From positions 157,096 through 221,095 of the IMG/VR virus record IMGVR_UViG_3300045999_010033: a DNA stretch of 64,000 nucleotides. One strand, 5' to 3'. The translations under genes were made by a program, and so were the position numbers. The notes under the pieces are model-generated. The model made no database searches and was not told where the DNA came from. It worked only from the letters and a program-made list of their open reading frames with translations. Of the stretch, positions 18,193 to 26,504 are shown one piece after another. Numbering within the stretch: the stretch's first letter is position 1; each line of letters opens with the position of its first letter.

Positions 18193-19048
18193 TTTTCAAT
18201 TCTTTTATTAGTTCGTATGCCATCATAAGCGCGGATACGTGTTGCTCTTTAACACGTTTATTCTGCTTTATTTTTTTTATCTGCCCTATCGTTTCTACTA
18301 ATTTTATTTTTGTAACTTTATCGGTAATCTTCTTTCCAATTTCATTTAGGGATTGTGTAATTTTATTTACTTCACTTTGAATGTGATTTGAAAAGCCGGA
18401 ACTATTAGTCATTCCATTAATATATTCTCGTAGTAAAACCTTTTGCTCATTACTTAGGTCTTTATACTTTGTATTAAAACTTTCTATTAAAATTTTATAC
18501 GAAAGAGCCCTTACAGTTTCATCTTGTTTTTTGAATTGTTCCAATACGGCATCTTTTATTTTTGCATCTTTATTCTGTATTGATTTATTTATTATGTTTT
18601 CTGCAATTGTAAATCTTGAAGATACCACATCGGTTGGATCTAAAATTTCGGATTCATTTATTGATTCAAAAATTTTATAAATTGATGCAAGAACTTTGTA
18701 GTTTGAAACCGATGATTTTAATAAATCTTCTATATTATACGATTCTCTTATTTTTTTTACTAAATTATATTTTTCTTTTGTCAATTTAGCTTCATCAAGA
18801 CGTTTGCGTGCTTCACAAACGGTATCAATAAACTTTTCTGCTTTTGCTTCAGAATTATATTTTTCGTTTATAAGATACTGATATAATTTTAATTCTTTTG
18901 AAAGTTCTTTTTTAGAATTAAAAAATTCTTGTAGGATTTTTTCTGCTTTAGATTTATTTTCCGACATAATTTCGGAGGTGATTTGTCTAAGCAGTAATTC
19001 AAAAATGAATCCTGTATTTTTGAACTTAGAATGTTTAATTTTTTTCAT
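18176..19048 (-). CDS. Hypothetical helical protein downstream of portal
   Basis: ATG 19048 MKKIKHSKFKNTGFIFELL; preceded by ATATTTATA motif. Confidence 0.65.
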   Translation of the reverse strand: MKKIKHSKFKNTGFIFELLLRQITSEIMSENKSKAEKILQEFFNSKKELSKELKLYQYLINEKYNSEAKAEKFIDTVCEARKRLDEAKLTKEKYNLVKKIRESYNIEDLLKSSVSNYKVLASIYKIFESINESEILDPTDVVSSRFTIAENIINKSIQNKDAKIKDAVLEQFKKQDETVRALSYKILIESFNTKYKDLSNEQKVLLREYINGMTNSSGFSNHIQSEVNKITQSLNEIGKKITDKVTKIKLVETIGQIKKIKQNKRVKEQHVSALMMAYELIKELKNATQK

Positions 19049-19087
19049 CAAAGGGATAATTTATCTCTTTATAAATATATTTATTGA

Positions 19088-20836
19088 TTATTTAACAGCA
19101 GATTTGGTATCTGTTAGTATTATTTTTTTACCACCAAGCATATCTTTGTATATTTCTTTATAACTTACTTTACGTGGTTTGTATTTTACAGAACCTTCTT
19201 TTTGTTTTAGAGTTTTAATCCCAAGTGGGTCGCGACCAAGTGGATGATCATCTTTACCATATCTAACCGGGTCTTTTGGTCTTCCAACTTTTCCTTCTTC
19301 TTCTAATTCATCTTTAATTTTTTGAATTTCTTCTTCAACATTGGTTGGTTCTTCTGTTCCGGTTTCTTTAGCAGGATCAGTTCCTTGTGTTTCAATTTGT
19401 GTCAATCTGAACGCTTGCTTTGTATCTTCCAATACATCAATTGTCATGTCATCTTGTTCATCTTGCGCAAATTTCATAATATTTTCATACATCCACTTTT
19501 TAGAAAACAATTTTGTTTGTTGCATAGATTGTATAAGAGATACCTTTGATGTATATAATTCTATTTGCTCTTGCTCATATATTTTTGATGGAATAGTAAG
19601 TTCTAATTGAAAATCCAAATCTGCCGCGTTATCCATACCCTGCGCATATAAATGAACTATTGCTATCTTTGTCAATTCGGAAATAAGAACTTTTTGTATT
19701 CTTTCGATGGTTTTGGCGAACCTTACATCTTGCGCTGCCAATGTTGCTTTTCCGTTTACATCTTCTTCATATCCCAAATGTGATTTTGGAATTTTAAGAG
19801 CTGCGAACATTTTTCCTTTTAGGTAGTTGATATCATCTATTGCCTGATATTCCATGCCCTTCAAAGTATCTATGCTCGTACCACTATCGCTACCGCGGAC
19901 AGGAAGATAATAATCCTCAATAATATTTTGAATATTATATTTAAGATTGTAATCTCCGGTTTTTTCATCTACAAATGGTGTTTTTTTACTGCTGTTAATG
20001 ATTCGTTGCATATAATTATCAACTTCAGTTGGTGGTATATTACCAACATCAACTTTGAATATACGTTTTTCGGGAGCACGCATAATACGATGTATTAACA
20101 TAGCATCCTCCATAAGAGTTAGTTGTTTCCAAACCCGTCTTGCACCTTCTATCATTGATTTTCCATAAGGAAGAAAATTAGAATCAGAATGCATTCTGAA
20201 ATGCGCAATTTCATAATTTTCATATTCTTTTTTATTAGAAGCAGAAGACCCTCCGTATGGGTTTGTGTATGGTGCATATACAAACTTTACACGTTGTGGA
20301 TTTTCTATATCAAAGTTTTCAACACGTGTAACTTCATATACCGATATGGGAATTACATTAACAATTCCAAGTTCAGGTGCTACTTCTAATTGTAAAAAGA
20401 AATCACCATACTTTACCAAGTTTCTTGTCCAAGGCCAAAGTGTGAATTCTATGTTTACAATATCATAAAATAAGTTATGAAGAATTTGTTTTACATTTTC
20501 ATCTGAACAATGTATTTTCAGTACATCTCCATGTTCATTTTTTGTTGTACTTTCATCTGCGTAAATATCTAATGCCGCAGCAAGAATAGGGTCATGATCC
20601 ATTGAATCATAATCTCTAAATAGGTCAGCACGAACTTGCTGATACGACATTGCCGATTCCAACATTCCACCACTATATTGTGGGGTCTTCAATTTCATAA
20701 AACGGTCTACAAGGTTAGTCGTCATTGATTGATATTCATCAGTATCAATGACCCTTACGCCCTTTTTAGTTCTACGAATAATTGTGTTTGTAGAAAATAG
20801 TTTTTGTAACCTTCCAAAAATGGTTTTATCTGCCAT
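19088..20836 (-). CDS. Portal protein (T4 gp20-like)
   Basis: QLTLMEDAMLIHRIMRAPEKRIFKVDVGNIP, EDYYLPVRG..GTSIDTLKG, ALKIPKS. Confidence 0.93.
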   Translation of the reverse strand: MADKTIFGRLQKLFSTNTIIRRTKKGVRVIDTDEYQSMTTNLVDRFMKLKTPQYSGGMLESAMSYQQVRADLFRDYDSMDHDPILAAALDIYADESTTKNEHGDVLKIHCSDENVKQILHNLFYDIVNIEFTLWPWTRNLVKYGDFFLQLEVAPELGIVNVIPISVYEVTRVENFDIENPQRVKFVYAPYTNPYGGSSASNKKEYENYEIAHFRMHSDSNFLPYGKSMIEGARRVWKQLTLMEDAMLIHRIMRAPEKRIFKVDVGNIPPTEVDNYMQRIINSSKKTPFVDEKTGDYNLKYNIQNIIEDYYLPVRGSDSGTSIDTLKGMEYQAIDDINYLKGKMFAALKIPKSHLGYEEDVNGKATLAAQDVRFAKTIERIQKVLISELTKIAIVHLYAQGMDNAADLDFQLELTIPSKIYEQEQIELYTSKVSLIQSMQQTKLFSKKWMYENIMKFAQDEQDDMTIDVLEDTKQAFRLTQIETQGTDPAKETGTEEPTNVEEEIQKIKDELEEEGKVGRPKDPVRYGKDDHPLGRDPLGIKTLKQKEGSVKYKPRKVSYKEIYKDMLGGKKIILTDTKSAVK

Positions 20837-20865
20837 AGTTAATCTTTATTATATATATACTATTT

Positions 20866-21975
20866 TTACCACTTTCTGCATGACCAGTAACGCGCTTTCC
20901 ATCTTGGGCCAGGATTATCACAGTTGTGTCTAGCTCTGAATGATTTGCGTCTTTCAGGATTTGATTTTTTAATACGCATATTTGGGTCTCCGAAGTTTAC
21001 TTTAACAACGTTACCTTTATCATTTTTAACGTACACTTTAAATTTTTTAACATCACCCTGCATTGGTTTGCCGAGCTTTACTTTTCTACCCTGATATTCT
21101 GCTTCAAAAACGCAACCGCATCCTGCTTCATTTAGTGTTCGGTTATATTCTCTCATAAAGACAATAAAGTCTTTGTAGTCATCATAGTTTTCAACATCGT
21201 ATTCTACGGGTTGAACTCTTCCGTAATTAATTTCGGAATCTTTATCTCTACGTTCGGGATGATCTGGATATTCTTCTTTCATAGCTTTTTGTTTTGATAT
21301 TTCGATAGCAGCCAATTGTTTTTGCGCTGCAGATTTACTTGAATGTGTTCCTAATCGGTCTCCACCTTTCTTTGGATATACTGCGTACTTATCTCCTACT
21401 TTCTTAATAGTTTCTTTAACCGGCTCATATCCTTTTCTCTGATTATCTTTTGTATCGGATTGATATCCTGGCTCTACTTCTCTATCATCATCAAAATCAT
21501 ATGTATCTAATTCGGCAGGATATCCATAATCGGGTGTATATGAAGAACTCTTATGATGATGCAAAAAATTACCATCACCGGTCCCATGTGGTATGTGATT
21601 GCGGGAGTTAATTGCTTCAGAAACCGGTACACAATTTGGAACTTCTTTACCATTTTTGTCTTTCATTCCAACTTGCTTATATCCATCCCAGCATGGCCCT
21701 TCCAATAACTCATCATCATCTTTATCTAATGGATTTTCGACTGGAATACGTCCACTTGGCTGTACCCATCCACCTGCGGAAGGGTCGTATCCTTCATTAC
21801 AAGTACGCCATCCACCACCCTTTGATTTATAGTTTTTTGCAGCCCATCCATTTGCATATGCACTTGGGTAAACATCAAATTTACGTTTTGCCGCAGCCTT
21901 TGATGCTGACCATTTTGCTGGGTCAGTCGGGCAATTCTTTTCTAAAAATAATTCTAATCTTTCTTCTATTGTCAT
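20866..21975 (-). CDS. Modular polyprotein-like head protein (alternating basic and acidic modules)
   Basis: Modules YPSAYANGW, GPCWDGYKQVGMK..VPNCVP, IKKVGDKYAV..LGTH, and FGDPNM..RRKSFRARHNC..RYWSC, separated by xxE sites. Confidence 0.7.
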   Translation of the reverse strand: MTIEERLELFLEKNCPTDPAKWSASKAAAKRKFDVYPSAYANGWAAKNYKSKGGGWRTCNEGYDPSAGGWVQPSGRIPVENPLDKDDDELLEGPCWDGYKQVGMKDKNGKEVPNCVPVSEAINSRNHIPHGTGDGNFLHHHKSSSYTPDYGYPAELDTYDFDDDREVEPGYQSDTKDNQRKGYEPVKETIKKVGDKYAVYPKKGGDRLGTHSSKSAAQKQLAAIEISKQKAMKEEYPDHPERRDKDSEINYGRVQPVEYDVENYDDYKDFIVFMREYNRTLNEAGCGCVFEAEYQGRKVKLGKPMQGDVKKFKVYVKNDKGNVVKVNFGDPNMRIKKSNPERRKSFRARHNCDNPGPRWKARYWSCRKW

Positions 21976-21976
21976 T

Positions 21977-22618
21977 TTAGTTTACGGATTTAGATTTAGT
22001 ATCACGACCCGCCTGTCGGGCTTTTCTACCTGCACAGTGTGCTTTTTGGCTGAATCCTTTGGGGTTATCGCAATCAATTGATTTTTTGTAGCCTTTTGTC
22101 CATTTTTCATTTAGTCGGTTTTCGTGCTTTATGATTAACTCACCCAATACTTCTATTAGTCCGACCAATCTTTGAAACCCGATTTGGTCCATTTGAACTT
22201 TACCACCACATATTTCTTCCATATAACCATTAAATTCTTCACGAGCATCTTCTAAATTAAAACCGCCTTCGGCTGCTTTTTTATAGTGTGGAAGTTTTAC
22301 AACAAAATGATGATAGGTAAGAATTGCTACTCCACCCTTTTCTTTTGCATCTTTAGTTATTTTAGTAGCACCTTCTAATCTTTTCTTTGCAAAATCTTCA
22401 AAACTTTCTATTTTTGGAGAGTTTGATTTAACTAGATTTGCGGAAGTTTTTTTCTTTTCATCACCATAGGATTTACCCATAGCCTGCCCAGCGGTAGTTT
22501 CTCTTCCAGCTATCGTCACTTTTGTAGATGGACGTATATCATGCTGCTTTGCATAAGCATCAAATTCGGCTTGAGATTTAAATTCTAATTCGTTCAATAT
22601 ATCTTTAAGTCTAATCAT
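21977..22618 (-). CDS. Putative internal head protein (MIRLKDILNE leader; C-terminal LNE|KWTKGYKKSIDCDNPKGFSQKAHC module)
   Basis: Start reassigned to ATG 22618. Confidence 0.65.
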   Translation of the reverse strand: MIRLKDILNELEFKSQAEFDAYAKQHDIRPSTKVTIAGRETTAGQAMGKSYGDEKKKTSANLVKSNSPKIESFEDFAKKRLEGATKITKDAKEKGGVAILTYHHFVVKLPHYKKAAEGGFNLEDAREEFNGYMEEICGGKVQMDQIGFQRLVGLIEVLGELIIKHENRLNEKWTKGYKKSIDCDNPKGFSQKAHCAGRKARQAGRDTKSKSVN

Positions 22619-22619
22619 T

Positions 22620-22859
22620 TTATTTAATGGCTTTACCAAACTCTTGTGAAAAGTCCGTATCTTGTGATAAATCAATTGTTTGAACTCGGCACTTTTTACA
22701 TTCGTGTTTTTGTGTAAGTATTTCTATTACTTGTTTAGCTTCACTCATTGATTTAGCTTTTGTAAAAAGTATTTGTTCATCCTTTTTGCCAGGAGGAACA
22801 CCCCAAATAATATATTCAGTTTTAGTGGTTTCTTTTAATATATCTTTAAGTCTAATCAT
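22620..22859 (-). CDS. Putative internal head protein (MIRLKDILKE leader)
   Basis: First 23 nt identical to those of the 22618 gene. Confidence 0.65.
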   Translation of the reverse strand: MIRLKDILKETTKTEYIIWGVPPGKKDEQILFTKAKSMSEAKQVIEILTQKHECKKCRVQTIDLSQDTDFSQEFGKAIK

Positions 22860-23200
22860 GTCGGCGGATTATATTTTTTATCACTTCCCTTTTTATCCCA
22901 ACTAACTCTTACTGGCTTTTTACCTTTACTGCCATCACCTTTATCGCCACGTCCTGCTTTGTTTTGTTTTGCACGTTTACGTCTTACGAAACTTGCTCTA
23001 CCTTTTTTTCCAAGCTTTTTTGCCGCTGCCGATGAAAGACATGCCGCATATGCTTCACCTTCTTCGCCGGCTCCACACTTTCCAACACGTTTACCACTGG
23101 AATCATATCTATCCCAGCCACCACCTCCTTTACCTCCCCATTTGCCCTTTCCGAACCACTTACGGAGGTCTTCGTCTAAAAGGTCAAATAGTTTAATCAT
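22856..23200 (-). CDS. Basic Gly/Lys-rich putative internal head protein (MIKLFDLLDE leader)
   Basis: DLRKWFGKG...KCG...ACL...FVRRKR; very basic after the leader. Confidence 0.65.
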   Translation of the reverse strand: MIKLFDLLDEDLRKWFGKGKWGGKGGGGWDRYDSSGKRVGKCGAGEEGEAYAACLSSAAAKKLGKKGRASFVRRKRAKQNKAGRGDKGDGSKGKKPVRVSWDKKGSDKKYNPPT

Positions 23201-23523
23201 TAGAATACGGAATTGATTTGAGATGAAACCTCTTTACCATACTTTGATTGACATTGTTTCATCAATTCATTATAGATATTTGTTCTCAAATCTATAAGCT
23301 CTTTTGGAGTATGTCCAAACTCTTTCTGCATATCCAACATACTATTCAAAATGTTTTCAAATGCTCCCATTTTCATAAATTTGGCGAACTCAAGTACCGC
23401 TTCGGTATGCGCATTTCTATCGGTTAATTTTTCTATCTTTTTAACGATAGGGTCTACATTGATCGCTTCTTTTAATCCGGTAACTACCTTTGTTTCTGAT
23501 AGTATATTAGTTAGTTTAATCAT
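23200..23523 (-). CDS. Putative internal head protein (MIKLTNILSE leader)
   Basis: Leader plus a second LKE|A site; first gene after an ATATTTATA motif. Confidence 0.65.
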   Translation of the reverse strand: MIKLTNILSETKVVTGLKEAINVDPIVKKIEKLTDRNAHTEAVLEFAKFMKMGAFENILNSMLDMQKEFGHTPKELIDLRTNIYNELMKQCQSKYGKEVSSQINSVF

Positions 23524-23562
23524 GCTATTTTATTTTAAGTGTTTCAATCTATAAATATACAA

Positions 23563-25167
23563 TTATCCTAATAACCATCTTATATCTTCAATCTCTCCGT
23601 TATTTCCATAAGAAATTTCATATGGGTTATTTTGTAAGTGGTTTTTAGTATAAACACTTTCGTATTGTTGTATTTTAGCCGAACTTAACATAGACTTTGT
23701 AAGGTCTACTCCTTCATTTCTAAGCCTCAATGCAGTATTTCTAACCCACAGTCCTATCGCCATAGCCATTGTCAAGTCATCGTTGTAGCCCTTCATTGCT
23801 TCCGCTCTACCATTAAACCAAATAAATGTAAATAATTCTTCTATCATACGAGAAGACCGTATTAATATCTCTTTTTCTCTAAGATACGTATCTAATGCAG
23901 AAATAATAAGTGGTCGCGTCCTTTGTGTTACCGAAAATCCAGCAACCATCTTGCGTTCCTCACGATAATATTTGTTGGTCATTTGCCTTTCTACATCAAT
24001 GTATTTCAAGTCATTACTCATGTAAAATAGATTACCATATCCACGATTAATGATTTGTTGTATGGCGGCCCAACCTACGTTTGAGTTTTCCACAACTAAT
24101 AGGGCATTATTGTATTCGGTAGCAAGTGAAACTAATAGGTTTCCAAAATCTTTTGTATTGATTTTACCACGATATTCTGCAACTTGTGAGCAATTATCTA
24201 AATCTATAACTTGTGCAGTTGAAAAGTCATTTGAATCACCACGTGAAACGTCCGCAGCAACCATATAGTTTCTTGTATAATCCGGATGTTCCCATCTCCA
24301 TAGGTTTCCATCGAAACCAGTTTTTTCAATTGGATCGATTACCCAAGTTTGCTTATACCACATTAGAAGTTGTGGGTCTATCACAGTATCACCGGAACTT
24401 ACAAAATCACAATCACACTCTTGCGCAGCTCCTTTTACACCAAGAACACGTGTTTGATCATCTCTCCACGTTTGATTTCTTTCAGGGTGCTCTGTCCAAT
24501 GAAGCATTATATTATTGAATCCATTTATTCCACTTTCTCCATCTACCCACATTTTATGAAACCAATTACCAACACCATTTGGAGTTGATAGTACAATAGC
24601 AGAACCACCAGTTGAAAGTGTAGATTGCGCCGATAGCCAAATTTCATCAATATCTCTAATGAACGCTGCCTCATCAATTACAAGCAATGATAGGGCTTCA
24701 GAACGTCCTGCATCAGGAGATGATGTGATTGCTTTAACTTGCGAACCATTTTTTAGTTTAAGAGATAATTTATTATCTTCAACTGATGCGGATGAGCCAT
24801 CTCTCAACCAAATTGGCAAAAGATCGTGCATCACTCTTACTTTTTCTACAAGGTTTTTTGCAACTGTTACTTTTGTAGCAATAACAAGTGCGTTAAAATC
24901 CGCATTGAATATCATTTTCCATAAAATAAATCCTGCGGATAACGTGGATAATCCAAGTTGTCTACTCTTTAAAATTATATTATAACGATTATCTTTAAAA
25001 TCAGTAATACATTTTTCTTGAAATGGAAAAAGGTGAAATGGAATTTTACCACGAGTAGGGTGCTGAATGACACAATACTTTTTCATAAAGTATATTGGGT
25101 CTAATGCACATTTTTTATACTCATCGGCAATTAGGTCTTTCAGGCTTCTATTTGGATTTATTGGCAT
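23563..25167 (-). CDS. terL: Terminase large subunit (T4 gp17-like)
   Basis: LFPFQ Q-motif, KSRQLGLST Walker A, LLVIDEAAF Walker B, LSTPNG, nuclease DVSRG..DFS and DDLTMA. Confidence 0.95.
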   Translation of the reverse strand: MPINPNRSLKDLIADEYKKCALDPIYFMKKYCVIQHPTRGKIPFHLFPFQEKCITDFKDNRYNIILKSRQLGLSTLSAGFILWKMIFNADFNALVIATKVTVAKNLVEKVRVMHDLLPIWLRDGSSASVEDNKLSLKLKNGSQVKAITSSPDAGRSEALSLLVIDEAAFIRDIDEIWLSAQSTLSTGGSAIVLSTPNGVGNWFHKMWVDGESGINGFNNIMLHWTEHPERNQTWRDDQTRVLGVKGAAQECDCDFVSSGDTVIDPQLLMWYKQTWVIDPIEKTGFDGNLWRWEHPDYTRNYMVAADVSRGDSNDFSTAQVIDLDNCSQVAEYRGKINTKDFGNLLVSLATEYNNALLVVENSNVGWAAIQQIINRGYGNLFYMSNDLKYIDVERQMTNKYYREERKMVAGFSVTQRTRPLIISALDTYLREKEILIRSSRMIEELFTFIWFNGRAEAMKGYNDDLTMAMAIGLWVRNTALRLRNEGVDLTKSMLSSAKIQQYESVYTKNHLQNNPYEISYGNNGEIEDIRWLLG

Positions 25168-25823
25168 TATTTTTTCAATTTTATTTTCCAGTAAACTGAA
25201 CCATTTACATATGGTGTGATTGTAGAGCCATTTTGTAATCCAACACCTAATCCAAATATTTTATTTTTTGGAGTTTGGTACATTAGACTTAATCCAATCG
25301 TATTTGGTAATTGGTTTTTTGTAAATCCACCATTTATTCCGAAATACAAAGTTGAAGTTGGTACCGGAGTTAACCACGTTGTATCGTGAATTTCTTTTTG
25401 ATTGATATTAGATAAATATGTTCTATACCAAATACGATTTTCTTTTATAGTATCAGTTAAAGTTACATATCCCAATGAATCTTTTAATTCAAGTGTATCA
25501 ATAGAAACTTTCTTTGCAAAATAGTCTTTAAGAATTTCTGCGGTATCCACATTTTCATATTGAACCGCAGTATCGTATTCAACTATAAATGTGTATATTT
25601 GTTCTTTACTACGATATTCAGTAAAACGATTTGGAATGTATTTAGTACTTGTTGTTTTTTTATTTACTTTATAAAGTTCTCCATCAATTACAACCGTATT
25701 TGATTTATCATATTTAGATTGTTGACATTGCATAAATGTCAAAAAAATTAAGAATATAACAAGTAATACTCCTTTCCAATCGAGTAGTGATTTGAAATTA
25801 AAATTTAACGATGAGTTCGGCAT
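25167..25823 (-). CDS. Hypothetical membrane-anchored protein
   Basis: N-terminal hydrophobic segment (GVLLVIFLIFLTFMQC); beta-rich C-terminus. Confidence 0.55.
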   Translation of the reverse strand: MPNSSLNFNFKSLLDWKGVLLVIFLIFLTFMQCQQSKYDKSNTVVIDGELYKVNKKTTSTKYIPNRFTEYRSKEQIYTFIVEYDTAVQYENVDTAEILKDYFAKKVSIDTLELKDSLGYVTLTDTIKENRIWYRTYLSNINQKEIHDTTWLTPVPTSTLYFGINGGFTKNQLPNTIGLSLMYQTPKNKIFGLGVGLQNGSTITPYVNGSVYWKIKLKK

Positions 25824-26475
25824 GATTTAGTTTAATAAATTCTTCTTCTAATAATCGTTTTCTTTCTATTAATAATTCTATCACTTCTCCCGCATCGGTT
25901 ACTTCTTGCTCTAAATCTGCTTTTACTTTATTTATATCAATATCCCACGTCCATTTTTGTAAAGAACCATCTTCCATAACAATAGTAAAATCATCTTTTA
26001 CTGATGCCAATGCTTCTTCAAATCTTTGCTTCATTTCTTTTGAAAACGCTAATTTATTACGAGTTAGTTTGTAATCAACATATAAATCATAAACACCATC
26101 AATTCTCAATTGTGTTTCAAATTCAGCAAGGCAATTAATACATTTGCCAGTTTTCCTCAATACCTTTTTATCGGCATGGGAATACTTAATTGTTTTACAA
26201 CTTTCGTTTGAGCAAGTGTTTAGTTTTTGTAGATATTGTCTTACATCATCAAAATCCGAAACTGATTCTTTGAATCCATCTTGTTGCTTCCATGTCTTTC
26301 CATCCTTATCGGTCCAAACTTCTCCAACTTCTCTTTTTACAATTTCTTCTTTTTCTCCATCATAACCAAATACTCTTTTTGTATTATCTTCTCTACCGAA
26401 AACGGTATCAATTATTTTTTTACGAGATTTGTGAATGTACTTGTTTTTTTCATCCCAACTTTTCCTTTTTTGCAT
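25798..26475 (-). CDS. Hypothetical protein with putative Zn-binding Cys cluster and coiled coil
   Basis: CSNESC...CINC. Confidence 0.55.
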   Translation of the reverse strand: MQKRKSWDEKNKYIHKSRKKIIDTVFGREDNTKRVFGYDGEKEEIVKREVGEVWTDKDGKTWKQQDGFKESVSDFDDVRQYLQKLNTCSNESCKTIKYSHADKKVLRKTGKCINCLAEFETQLRIDGVYDLYVDYKLTRNKLAFSKEMKQRFEEALASVKDDFTIVMEDGSLQKWTWDIDINKVKADLEQEVTDAGEVIELLIERKRLLEEEFIKLNHAELIVKF

Positions 26476-26504
26476 AGTTTGTTTTTTTGTAACTGTTAAT
26501 AAAA

